Below, piece by piece: positions 38,204-47,646 of a stretch of 64,000 nt of DNA. The notes beneath the pieces were generated by a model, which searched no databases, had not been told where the DNA came from, and saw only the letters and a list, made by a program, of their open reading frames with translations. The stretch spans positions 2,176,001 to 2,240,000 of the forward strand of contig CBDCCI010000002.1 in the NCBI GenBank assembly GCA_965214705.1. Reading direction: 5' to 3'. The translations under genes and the position numbers were made by a program. This DNA comes from Alphaproteobacteria bacterium. GTDB lineage: Bacteria; Pseudomonadota; Alphaproteobacteria; UBA828. Every line of letters begins with the position of its first letter. Positions within the stretch are counted from its first letter, which is position 1.

Positions 38204-40363
38204 CCCAAGTTGGCACTTTTTCCGGTTGCTCAATGCCGGTCTGCCCATATTTTGCGGACCGAAGTACCACATATTGGGGTAGCTCCGAGATGATGCCACT
38301 ATATGTGTAATTGAGGCGCTGGAAGCGCGTTGTAGTGCCAGGAGTTGTTAGGTATTGACGATTTTCCCTTGACCCCAGACCCCAAGCCGACAAATCTTGG
38401 CCCCTCGCAACAATCTCGCGACGGGCGACATGTTCATCAGGGCAACCAAGACCCACACCACCGACGGCAAGCCCGTCCGAAGCCATCGCCTCGTGCTCTC
38501 CCAGCGCATCGGCGACAAGGTCAGGCAGCGCACGCTCCTCAACCTCGGCACCGACTATCCGGTGCCGAAGGAGAAATGGCGCGAAGTGGCCGAACTCGCC
38601 GAGGCGCTGCTGCACGGCCGCCCGCCGCTGCTCCAAGCCGTCCCGGACGTGCAGGCCGCAGCCGAGGACATCGTCGCCAAGCTCAGGGCCAGGGGGTTCC
38701 GCGTCGAGGCGATGCAGGAAGAGGCGCGCAAGCCCGAGATCGCCACCGTCGACCTCGATACCCTGGAGCACGAGAACCCGCGCACCGTCGGCTGCGAGCG
38801 CCTGTGCCTCAAGGCCCTCGACGACCTTGGCTTCGCCGACATCCTCCACGGCCTTGGCATCAAAGGCCGAGACGGGCGCATCGCGAGCGCGCTGATCGTC
38901 GCCAGGATGGTCCATCCCGCCAGCGAGCGTGATACCAGCCGCTGGCTCCGCCACGACAGCGCGGCCGCCGAGCTCCTGGGCCTGGAGGGCGACCGCAAGG
39001 CGCTGCGGCGCAAGACGCTCTACCGCATCGGCGACCTGCTCTGGCGCCACCGGGCCGCCATCCAGAGGGAACTGTTCAACCGTGAGCGCGCGCTGCTCGA
39101 CCTGCCCGAGACGATCGCCTTCTACGATCTCACCAACGTCCACTACCACGGCCACACGGGCGGCGAGCTTCCCAGGTTCGGGCGCTCCAAGCAGAAGCGC
39201 GACGACTGTCCCCTCATCACGCTGGCGCTGGCGCTCGACGGCGCGGGCTTCCCGCGCAGTTGCGAGATCCTGCCGGGCAACGTGAGCGAGCCGGGCACGC
39301 TGCACGAGGCGCTGGCGCGGCTCGAGGCGGTGTGCGGCGGCACGGCGGCGAAGCCCACGGTGGTCATGGATGCGGGCATCGCCACCGAGGAAAACATCGT
39401 CTGGCTGGGCGAGCAGGGCTACGACTGGATCGCGGTCAGCCGCGGTGCCAGGCCTGCGCCGCCCGAGGGCGGACCCGAGGCCCTGCTGATCACCAGCGCG
39501 CGCCACGAGGTGCGGGCCTGGCGGCTTGCCAGCGAGGACGGCGAGGCGCGGCTCTACGTCGTCAGCGAGGGCAAGAAGAAGGCCGAGAACGCGATCATCG
39601 GCCTGAGGCGGAACCGCTTCGAGGCGGCGCTGGAAAGGCTCCACAGCGGCCTCCCGGTCAAGCGCCGCCTCAAGCGCTACGACAAGGTGCTGGAGAGCAT
39701 AGGCCGCCTCAAGCAGCGCTTCTCCGCCGTCGCCAGGCACTACGAGATCACGGTCGAGAAGGCGAAAACCGGCCCCAATGCCACCGCCGTGCGCTTCAAG
39801 CGCAGGCCGCGATACGACGAGGCCGATGAGGGCGCCGGCGCCTATGTGCTGCGCACCAGCCACGTCGACTGGGATATCGAGACGGTCCTGCGGACGTACT
39901 GGCGGATCACGGATATCGAGGCGACATTCAAGAGCCTAAAATCCGAGCTCGGCCTTCGCCCGATCTGGCACCAGCTCGACCGGCGCATCGCGGCCCACCT
40001 GCTGATCGCCGTGCTGGCCTACCACGCCGTGCATCTGATCCGTACCCGGCTGGCCGCGCGCGGCATCCACAAGTGCTGGGCATCGATCCGCGAGAGCATG
40101 CGGACCTGGGTGCGGATCACCACGCGCCTGCGCCAGACCGACGGCACGTTGATCGTCAATCGACAGGACACGCGCCCGGCCGCTGAGGTAGCCGCAATCT
40201 CCTCGGCGGCGGGCGTGGAACCCGCCATCCACCGCACGAGGACCCGCCTGCCGAACTGACAGAATCCAACAAAATGTAGTGCCATGTTGGAATCGGCCGA
40301 GAGAAATATCGCGTTACATCAACATGATAAAGGACATGGGTAGGACAAAAGTGCCAACCTGGG
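38204..40363 (+). mobile_element. IS1634-family element, copy 3 (2160 bp)
   Basis: Appears identical to copy 2; TSD TTGA (38200-38203; 40364-40367). Confidence 0.92.
38430..40259 (+). CDS. IS1634-family transposase
   Basis: Protein identical to 26864-28693. Confidence 0.92.
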   Translation: MFIRATKTHTTDGKPVRSHRLVLSQRIGDKVRQRTLLNLGTDYPVPKEKWREVAELAEALLHGRPPLLQAVPDVQAAAEDIVAKLRARGFRVEAMQEEARKPEIATVDLDTLEHENPRTVGCERLCLKALDDLGFADILHGLGIKGRDGRIASALIVARMVHPASERDTSRWLRHDSAAAELLGLEGDRKALRRKTLYRIGDLLWRHRAAIQRELFNRERALLDLPETIAFYDLTNVHYHGHTGGELPRFGRSKQKRDDCPLITLALALDGAGFPRSCEILPGNVSEPGTLHEALARLEAVCGGTAAKPTVVMDAGIATEENIVWLGEQGYDWIAVSRGARPAPPEGGPEALLITSARHEVRAWRLASEDGEARLYVVSEGKKKAENAIIGLRRNRFEAALERLHSGLPVKRRLKRYDKVLESIGRLKQRFSAVARHYEITVEKAKTGPNATAVRFKRRPRYDEADEGAGAYVLRTSHVDWDIETVLRTYWRITDIEATFKSLKSELGLRPIWHQLDRRIAAHLLIAVLAYHAVHLIRTRLAARGIHKCWASIRESMRTWVRITTRLRQTDGTLIVNRQDTRPAAEVAAISSAAGVEPAIHRTRTRLPN

Positions 40364-40486
40364 TTGAGGCTCGGCTGAGGGGTCGCGTCGTGGCCTGACG
40401 CGGTTTGGCGCCGGGATCTGAGGATGGGTCGCTATTGGGTTGAGGGTTGAACGAGCCTGGGTTGTCGGGGCACATCGCCCCGGCGC

Positions 40487-41827
40487 TCAGGGGCCTGCTG
40501 CGGCGAGGCGGCCTGCGAGCAGTCGGAAGAGAGCGGCGTCCGGGCAGGCCGAGGCGAAGTGGATGCGGACGCGGGTGGCCTTCTCGATGACGCGGGCGCC
40601 GATCTTGAGGAGGCGCAGCCTGAGGGTTGCAAACTCGGCGCGGGCGAGCGGCGCTGTGCGGGGAATGGCGTCGCGGAGCGCGAGCATCAGCCAGTAGGCT
40701 GCGGTGTGGAGCACCAGCCTGAGCTGGTTGGCGAGCGGGCTCTGGCAGGAGGTGCGGTCCGAGGCGAGCTGGCCCTTGTGCATCTTGATCAGGTTTTCGG
40801 CCTGGCCGCGGGCGCAGTAGATGTCTTCGTAGAGGTGGCGGGGCTCGCCCTTGAGCGAGGTGACGACATAGCGGGCATCGAAGCCGCGCGTCGTCGCCTC
40901 CAGCCGAGCCACGACCCGGCGTTCGCGGCTCCAGGAGCGGGCGGCATAGGCGAAGGCGGCGAAGCTGCGCATCCTGTCCGCGCCGGCCTCGGCGCGGCGG
41001 ACCTTGAGATCGTCGGCCACCTCGTAGGCCAAGGCGTTGAGCGCGCGGTTGCCCGCGAGGCCGAAGATGTAGTCGACGCCGTTCTGCTCGCACCAGGCCA
41101 TGGCTTGCGCGCGGCCATAGTGGCTGTCTCCCCGGAAGACGATCCGAGTGTGCGGCCAGTGGCGGCGGATGCGGCGGACCAGGTGCTTGATGAGGGTGCG
41201 GACCTCGATCCCCGAGGGCGTCTTGCCGGGGCGCAGGAGGACCGCCACCGGCTTGCCGCTTTCCACGTGATAGACGTGGATGGGGAGGAAGCAGCGGGTG
41301 TCGTAATGAGCGTTGAACAGCGACAGCTGCTGGTGCCCGTGCACGGCATCGCAGGTGTCGTCGATATCCAGCGTGATGGCGGCGGGTGGGGCTGAGAAGG
41401 AGCGGCAGAAGAGATCGACCAGGGCGGCCGTCATGCGCGCCACCTCGATGCGAGACGGAGCGTTCTCCAGGCGGCTCATGGTGGGCTGGGAACAGAGATC
41501 GCGGCCGTTCTCCGGCGCCCGGCCTGAGGCCAGCTTGAACAGAGGGTCCGCGCGCAGCGTGTCGCAGTCGTCGGCGTCCTCGTACCCGCAGGCGATGGCC
41601 AACATGCGAAAGCGGAGCATGGCCGAGAGCGAGTGGATCACCTGCGCCTGATTGCGCCGGTCCCGGATGCAGCCCGCCAGGGTCTCGGCGAGACGCAAGC
41701 GGCGTTCCGCTTCGCGCAGCAGGACGAGGCCGCCGTCAGACGAGATCAGGCCGCCGTCGAAGGCGGCGCTCACCTTCTTGCGCGCGACGGCTGGCAGATC
41801 GAAGGGGAGAAGGCTATCGTCGGTCAT
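40487..41827 (-). CDS. IS1380-family transposase
   Basis: ISSDGGLVLL, CGYEDADD, LDIDDTCD, RGDSHY, YCARGQAENLIK, ANQLRL. Confidence 0.93.
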   Translation of the reverse strand: MTDDSLLPFDLPAVARKKVSAAFDGGLISSDGGLVLLREAERRLRLAETLAGCIRDRRNQAQVIHSLSAMLRFRMLAIACGYEDADDCDTLRADPLFKLASGRAPENGRDLCSQPTMSRLENAPSRIEVARMTAALVDLFCRSFSAPPAAITLDIDDTCDAVHGHQQLSLFNAHYDTRCFLPIHVYHVESGKPVAVLLRPGKTPSGIEVRTLIKHLVRRIRRHWPHTRIVFRGDSHYGRAQAMAWCEQNGVDYIFGLAGNRALNALAYEVADDLKVRRAEAGADRMRSFAAFAYAARSWSRERRVVARLEATTRGFDARYVVTSLKGEPRHLYEDIYCARGQAENLIKMHKGQLASDRTSCQSPLANQLRLVLHTAAYWLMLALRDAIPRTAPLARAEFATLRLRLLKIGARVIEKATRVRIHFASACPDAALFRLLAGRLAAAGP

Positions 41828-42190
41828 GGCGGGCGTGGCGTGGCGTGGCTCGGAGAGGAAGACGCTCGGACAACGAATTCCTACCCGATGGCAACGGCTT
41901 ACGCTACGTTCGCCACCCCAAAATCAGACCTGCCATGAATAATCCGGGCTAGAGTCACTTCATGAGGAAGCTCCTCGGAATGGCCGATAGCAGGCTCTGT
42001 AAACCTTGTGCAAGCTCAGGTGAGTGCGCACGACTAACTGAAGGCGCAGAGGCTTGTTCCCCTCTGATACCAGTCCATTCGGGCAAGATTCCCTGACTAT
42101 CAGGCCGCGCTGGACTCAAGTCGGCTAGGATGAACAGGCAAGAATTGGTGCTCGAGTAGTCGCTTGGCCCCCTAGACAGGAGAATCGACA

Positions 42191-42682
42191 ATGGCCCATA
42201 TGACGAGAATGACCACGGTCATGCTGGCAACGGTTGCTCTTGGGTTTGGTATTGCCGGATGCCAACCGCAGGGAGGTGCTCCTGCGAGCGAAGCAACCGA
42301 ATCTACCGCCGCTGAAGCCGCCGCCGCCGCTGTCGAGACCACGAATGTGATGAATGCGGCAGAAATAAGCGAGTTACTTGTTGGAAACACCGTCATAGGT
42401 GTCTACGACGCTTGGAATTTGACGTGGGCCGAATATTTTGCTCCCGATGGAACGACAAAGCTATTGCTAAGATTTGAGGGCAAGGATGATATAGAGGCTG
42501 CTGGAAAACACTATTCGAACAATAAGGGTCAGTACTGCACAGAAGATCCCGAGCAAAATGCTTATTGCAACAAACTTGTTTCTCTAGGGGATGGCAGGTA
42601 TCAACAGGTGTATGAGGGTGGCGAAAGAGGAGCCATTTACAACCAGATCCTGGAGGGTGATCAGATCGAGGCGTTCAGGTAG
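42191..42682 (+). CDS. Hypothetical lipoprotein
   Basis: Signal peptide with lipobox IAGC; LLVGNTV...EYFAPDG segment; lower GC than the flanks. Confidence 0.65.
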   Translation: MAHMTRMTTVMLATVALGFGIAGCQPQGGAPASEATESTAAEAAAAAVETTNVMNAAEISELLVGNTVIGVYDAWNLTWAEYFAPDGTTKLLLRFEGKDDIEAAGKHYSNNKGQYCTEDPEQNAYCNKLVSLGDGRYQQVYEGGERGAIYNQILEGDQIEAFR

Positions 42683-43174
42683 GATTTCGATGGTCGCTCT
42701 GCGAAAACAGAGCGGCGTCGTGACGGATCCTTCTGGAAGGCTAGGCAGGCCCTTTTAGCCTTCCCAGCCCGATCTTCGGTAATGGGGCGATTGCCGTCAA
42801 GCGCGTTGTTTATTGTAGCAGTAGTGGCGGCACGTTTGTTCGCTCGCAGACAATAAGCTTTCGCTGAATGCATCCTCGCTTCGAGCCTCGAGCAGGGATG
42901 CATTGGGCTTTAGGTGGAAGGATGCCAGTATTGTCGGCATTTTCCGATCGCATTTTTGGTGCGCTCACCTTAACTATGTCCGTCGCCAAGCTCTCGCTTC
43001 CGTCCGTGTTCAGCGCAGTGGCTGCCAATTTTTCCTGGTCCAAGTCGATTCCAGAGTGCCAATCTATTCAGCGTGCTCGTAACTGCCCAGGTCTGATTCC
43101 GCCGAGCACTCACGCGTGATGGACTGATGCCTCTGGCCTGGTGCCGCTGACGTGGAGCGGAGCGGCGGGGGATT

Positions 43175-44737
43175 TCAGAAGCGCAGTACCGGGATTAGCT
43201 GCATGGGATCGGGGTGCGCCAGGGTTTCGAGGACATTCCAGCGCTGTTTTCGAGCGGTGGCGATGACGGACCGCAGGTTGGCGAAGTCGCAGGCACCTTG
43301 CATCGAGCGGAAGCCGCCTGAGATTTTCTGACGCAGCTTGCCCATTCGCAGATCGCGCTCCGCCTCATTGTTCGAGAACGGGGTTCGCGGGTCGGTGAGG
43401 AAGCGCAGGCACCCCTCCTTGTACTTCTGGAGCCGGAGCGCGAGGTTGTGACCGATGCGGCGCTTTTGTCGTCCGCGCTTTCCGGTCTGGAGCGGCGGCA
43501 TCTCTTCGTGAGCGGCGATGGCACGTTCGAGGATGCGGTCCCAGGCTCGCGAGATGCGGGCGACCAGTGATGCGGGCACGTCGCGATCATTCTTGCGGGC
43601 GAAGCGGGCGGCTCTGTTGGCACGGGAGAGCAGCTGGTGCGTGCTCGTTGCCCAGTCTTCCTTCTCGATCTCGATCAGGGCCTGGAGCTCACGCAGGTGA
43701 TGGGCGTTGCAGGCCCCGTGGCGCACGCCCTCGAGAGCGAAGTAGGTGGCATAGTCGTCATGGATGACGATGCCGTTGAGCTTCTCGTCGAAATGGCCGC
43801 GCCCGCTGGCGACGCGCAGGATGGTCAGCAACGGGGTGCACAGCACGTGGAGCCAATGGGTCCGGGCGGCGATGCGGATGCCGGTCTCGTCGAGGTGTTT
43901 GACCGGGGCTTCGGTGCGGATGATCTCTGCGACACGATCGAGGAAGCCCTCGAAGCGCCGGGCGGTGCGCCGGCCCATGGCGGCGATGGTGGCCGTTGAG
44001 ATCTTGACCGCGAAGAGATCGCTCATGACCTCGGCGACGCGCTTCTCCGGAATGAACTGAGCGTGCAGCAGGTAGGTCACCCACGCGGTGATGCGCGGCC
44101 CGTACTGGACCGGGGCGCTCACGCCGTTCGGGAAGGCGGCTGTTGTCATGGTACCGCAGGCGGCGCAGAGGCAGCGATGGCCGCGATGCTCGGTGGCCTC
44201 GAGGGGCTGCGGCTCGGGCACATCGAAGACCTGCCGGCAGACGGGGGCTCCGTGACGGTCGGCGTCCGACAGCGGCGCGCCGCAGCCCTCACAGGCGGAC
44301 GGATCATGATCCACGACGTGGTCCGGGTTCTCGGTCCGCTCCAGGGTGGTTCCCTTGTGGCCCGGCTGACCGCCGCTGGGCCTGTCGGATTTGCCGCGCC
44401 GGCTCCGGGTGCGCTTCTCCTGGTCTCCGCTCTTCTTCTCCTGGTCTCCGCTCTTCTTCTTCAGGCCGTCGCTGGCCGGCGGCTTGGAGCTGGTGGTGCT
44501 GTCGAGCGCGGCGCTGCGCTCAAGTTCGGCGATCCGCTCGCGCAAGCGGGCGTTCTCCCGCTCCAGCGCGTCGTTCTCCTTGACCAGCGCCGCGCTCAGG
44601 CGAAGCAGCCCCTGGCCCCATTCCCGGATGGCTTTGACGGCGGTCATCGCGAAGGATTGTGGGGTGAAAAGGTCCTGCAGGCACGCGAAAGCCTCGTCGT
44701 GAGCGGCGAGGTCCGCGTGCCAGCGCGACACTGTCAC
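43175..44737 (-). CDS. IS66-family transposase (TnpC-like)
   Basis: Coiled coil then SSKPPASD, GGQPGHKG, CxxC zinc finger, HLDETG, HDDY, CNAHHLREL, NNEAERDLR. Confidence 0.92.
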   Translation of the reverse strand: MTVSRWHADLAAHDEAFACLQDLFTPQSFAMTAVKAIREWGQGLLRLSAALVKENDALERENARLRERIAELERSAALDSTTSSKPPASDGLKKKSGDQEKKSGDQEKRTRSRRGKSDRPSGGQPGHKGTTLERTENPDHVVDHDPSACEGCGAPLSDADRHGAPVCRQVFDVPEPQPLEATEHRGHRCLCAACGTMTTAAFPNGVSAPVQYGPRITAWVTYLLHAQFIPEKRVAEVMSDLFAVKISTATIAAMGRRTARRFEGFLDRVAEIIRTEAPVKHLDETGIRIAARTHWLHVLCTPLLTILRVASGRGHFDEKLNGIVIHDDYATYFALEGVRHGACNAHHLRELQALIEIEKEDWATSTHQLLSRANRAARFARKNDRDVPASLVARISRAWDRILERAIAAHEEMPPLQTGKRGRQKRRIGHNLALRLQKYKEGCLRFLTDPRTPFSNNEAERDLRMGKLRQKISGGFRSMQGACDFANLRSVIATARKQRWNVLETLAHPDPMQLIPVLRF

Positions 44738-45402
44738 AAACCCTCGTCAGCCTCGACGGCCATGATCGCGGCCAGCACCGCCAGGCGTTCGCCCGCCGGC
44801 ATGGCCTCGTAGCGCCGGCCCCAGTTGGCCGCCTTGCGCTTGATGCGCTGGCGGTCGGTGAAGTTGCGGCCCGCGCAGCTCGCCCAGTGCACCCGGTCGG
44901 GCGCGAAGTTGAACCACACCACCTCGGTCCGCACCTGGGCCTGGGTCGTCACCTGCAGCGCCAGCCGGCGCCAGCCCGCCAGCAACTCGTCATAGAGCGC
45001 AGACGGGTGGCCCGAGACCATCACCTGGCAGGGCAGACCCTTGAGCAGTTCGAGGAGCGCGACGTGGTCGGCCTCCTCGTACTCGAAGCGGTAGCGCTGC
45101 GACGAACGCCGGGTCGCGTGCAGATAGGGCGGATCGCTGTAGACCAGCTCCGGGCCCAGGAACGGGAACGAGGCCAGAAAGGAGTGGGCGCAGCCGTGCA
45201 CCAACTCCACCGGGTAGCCACAGTCGAAGGACTCAAGCGCCCGCTCGTCGCGGTCAATCCCGATCGAGCGCACGGCCGCAGGCTTGCGCTTCATCAGCGC
45301 CCCGCCCCCCAAGTGGCTCTCGATATAGACAGAGTGCGGGGGCATCAGCGCAATCAGCGCCTGGCTCAGACCGGTCGTCGCCTTCGATCCGAAATACCCC
45401 AC
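44734..45402 (-). CDS. Compact DNA adenine methyltransferase (Dam/D12-like)
   Basis: YFGSK, YIESHLGGGA (SAM binding), GIDRD, YSDPPY (catalytic), EVVWFNF. Stop overlaps the transposase start (GTGA). Confidence 0.85.
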   Translation of the reverse strand: MGYFGSKATTGLSQALIALMPPHSVYIESHLGGGALMKRKPAAVRSIGIDRDERALESFDCGYPVELVHGCAHSFLASFPFLGPELVYSDPPYLHATRRSSQRYRFEYEEADHVALLELLKGLPCQVMVSGHPSALYDELLAGWRRLALQVTTQAQVRTEVVWFNFAPDRVHWASCAGRNFTDRQRIKRKAANWGRRYEAMPAGERLAVLAAIMAVEADEGL

Positions 45403-45781
45403 CGGCTGCTCCTCTCATGCGAGAGAGCAACCCATAGGCGAGCGCGCCTATACAGTCAAGGGGCAGATCATCGATGCGCCGACGGCCAAACGGCACCGGC
45501 GGCGACCAACATCAGCACGCACTCAGATCTGGCGGCGGGGTACCTGGGTAGTTACGCGTGCTCGAACACTGTAAGGGGGTTCGGCAAACAGGTCGGGCTA
45601 CGTGCATCATCAGGAACCGCGTCCTGGCGCGGGGACAGAGGTGGGTTGTTGAATCCAAGCCATGCACCTTGTCCACCCAAGCTAAACCGGACAGCAGTGG
45701 GACAAGCCCGGCCATGACGTGTGGGGGTGCGGCGCAGATGGATTGAAACTTCTCGAACAGCACACTAGCGACGACATGGAT

Positions 45782-46693
45782 CTACGGCCCGTCCCCCCTC
45801 GCCCGCCAGTGGCGGGCGATGTCGATGCCGCGGCAGAGCCACACGCGGTCGTGGGCCAGCACGTGGTCGACGAAGCGCCTGAGCGCGGCGAAGCGCCCCG
45901 GCCGGCCCACCAGCCGGCTGTGCAGGCCGATGCTCATCATACCGGGCTGCTCGGCGCCCTCCTCGTAGAGCACGTCGAAGGCATCGCGCAGGTAGGCGAA
46001 GAAGGGCTCGCCCCAGTCGAAGCCCGGCGCGGTCGCGAAGCGGTGGTCGTTGTGGTCCGCCGTGTAGGGGACCATCAGCAGGCGCCGTCCGGCCTCCTCC
46101 ACCCAGTAGGGCAACTCGTCGGCGTAGGAATCCTGGCTGTAGAGGAAGCCCCCCTCCTCCGCCACGAGCCGCACGGTGTTGGGGCTGCGGCGGCCGAGGA
46201 AGTAGCCGAGCGGGCGCGTGCCGGTAAGCGCCTGCTGGATCGCGATCACCTTCCCGATATGCGCGCGCTCCTCGGCCTCGGGCACGGCGTGATAGTCGAT
46301 CCAGCGATAGCCGTGGCTCGCGATCTCCCAATCCGCCTCCACCATCGCGGCGACCGCCTCCGGGTTGCGGGCGAGCGCCATGGCGACGCCGAAGATCGTG
46401 ACCGGCACGCCGCGCTCCGTGAACAGACGATGGAGGCGCCAGAAGCCGACCCGGCTGCCGAACTCGTACATCGATTCGATGGGGAGCGCGCGCTCGCCGA
46501 TGCGGGGCTCGGCGAAGCCGAACTCGGTCAGCAGCGTCTCCGAGCCCGCATCGCCGTGGAGGATGCTGTTCTCCGCGCCCTCCTCGTAGTTGATGACGAA
46601 CTGTACCGCGATGCGCGCATCGCCCGGCCAGCGCGGATGCGGCCGGCTGCGGCCGTAGCCTACCATGTCGCGGGGGTAGGGGGTGTCGCTCAT
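45782..46693 (-). CDS. puuE: Allantoinase PuuE (polysaccharide deacetylase fold)
   Basis: YPRDMVGYG, AVQFVINYEEGAE, ESMYEFGSRVGFWR, EIASHGYRW, MSIGLH..GRPGR. Confidence 0.85.
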   Translation of the reverse strand: MSDTPYPRDMVGYGRSRPHPRWPGDARIAVQFVINYEEGAENSILHGDAGSETLLTEFGFAEPRIGERALPIESMYEFGSRVGFWRLHRLFTERGVPVTIFGVAMALARNPEAVAAMVEADWEIASHGYRWIDYHAVPEAEERAHIGKVIAIQQALTGTRPLGYFLGRRSPNTVRLVAEEGGFLYSQDSYADELPYWVEEAGRRLLMVPYTADHNDHRFATAPGFDWGEPFFAYLRDAFDVLYEEGAEQPGMMSIGLHSRLVGRPGRFAALRRFVDHVLAHDRVWLCRGIDIARHWRARGDGP

Positions 46694-46706
46694 CGGCCGC
46701 GCCGCC

Positions 46707-47561
46707 CTATCGGAAGAGAGCCGCGTTCTCGCGGGCGAAGGTGCGGAAGTCACGGGGCGCACGCCCGGTCACACGCTCGACCACGTCGGTCACCGGCGCG
46801 CCGAAGCCCGTGCGGAACAGGCCGTCGATCTCGACCAGTGCATGCGCCGCCTTGGGCCCGATGCCCGCCTCGACCAGCGCAGCCCGCGCATCCTCGTCGC
46901 TGACGGAGACGTAGCGCACCTCCCGGCCTAGCTCCTCCGAGAGGATGGCCGCGCACTCCGCATAGGAGATCGCCTCCGGCCCGGTGATCTCGTAGGTCTC
47001 GCCATCGTGCCCGTCGTCCGCCAGCGCCGCGACCGTCACGGCGGCCACGTCCTCGATCTCCACCAGCGAGATCCGGGCGTCCCCCACCGGCGCGTAGAAC
47101 TCGCCGCGCTCCCGAATGAGCGGGGCGAAGCGCCGGAAATTCTGCATGAAAGCGTTGGGCCAGAGGTGGGTGCGGGGGATGCCGCTCTCGTCGATGCGCT
47201 GCTCGATCTCCCCGTGCCAGCGGCGGATGGTGGTGGGCGCGTCGGGCGCGGCCTTGATCGCCGACATCTTGACGATGCGGCGGATGCCCGCGCGCTTGGC
47301 GGCCTCCACCGCGTTCAGCTCCAGCTCGACCATCGCTTCGGAGAAGGCGCAGAGCAGCGAGAGGGTCTCGATCCCCTCGAACGCGGCGTCGAGGGTCCGG
47401 GGCTCGGCGAAGTCGCCTTCGACATAGTCGAGGTCCTCGCCGAACTGCCGCCTCGCGCGCGCCACGTCGCGGCTCATGATCCGGAACGGCCGGCCCGTCG
47501 CACGCAGCTGCGCGACGGTCGGGCTGCCGGTGGTTCCGGTCGCTCCGGTCACGAGGATCAT
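46707..47561 (-). CDS. NmrA/SDR family NAD(P)-binding oxidoreductase
   Basis: ILVTGATGTTG, FMQN, YEITGPEA. Confidence 0.85.
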   Translation of the reverse strand: MILVTGATGTTGSPTVAQLRATGRPFRIMSRDVARARRQFGEDLDYVEGDFAEPRTLDAAFEGIETLSLLCAFSEAMVELELNAVEAAKRAGIRRIVKMSAIKAAPDAPTTIRRWHGEIEQRIDESGIPRTHLWPNAFMQNFRRFAPLIRERGEFYAPVGDARISLVEIEDVAAVTVAALADDGHDGETYEITGPEAISYAECAAILSEELGREVRYVSVSDEDARAALVEAGIGPKAAHALVEIDGLFRTGFGAPVTDVVERVTGRAPRDFRTFARENAALFR

Positions 47562-47646
47562 GGCAAGCACCCGACGGGATCAGCCCTCGCCCGGATGCTA
47601 GTCGATGCCCGTGTTACCCTCCAGCGTCGCGGCGCCGCGGTGCCTC

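Larger units (their letters stand above)
38172..41948 (-). mobile_element. IS1380-family element 3 (about 1613 bp) interrupted near its 3' end by IS1634 copy 3
   Basis: Imperfect IRs CCCGACCTATTCATG (38172-38186) and CATGAATAATCCGGG (ending 41948); CTAG at 38168-38171 and 41949-41952. Confidence 0.85.
43079..45555 (-). mobile_element. IS66-family element (single-transposase ISBst12-like type, 2477 bp) carrying a DNA methyltransferase gene
   Basis: IRs GTAACTGCCCAGGT / ACCTGGGTAGTTAC; 8-bp TSD GCGTGCTC (43071-43078; 45556-45563). Confidence 0.92.

Noticed and set aside
45668-45720. REP-like motif GGGACAAGCCCGGCCATGAC
   Set aside because: Resembles a common alphaproteobacterial palindromic repeat, but only one half-copy is visible, which is too little to call.
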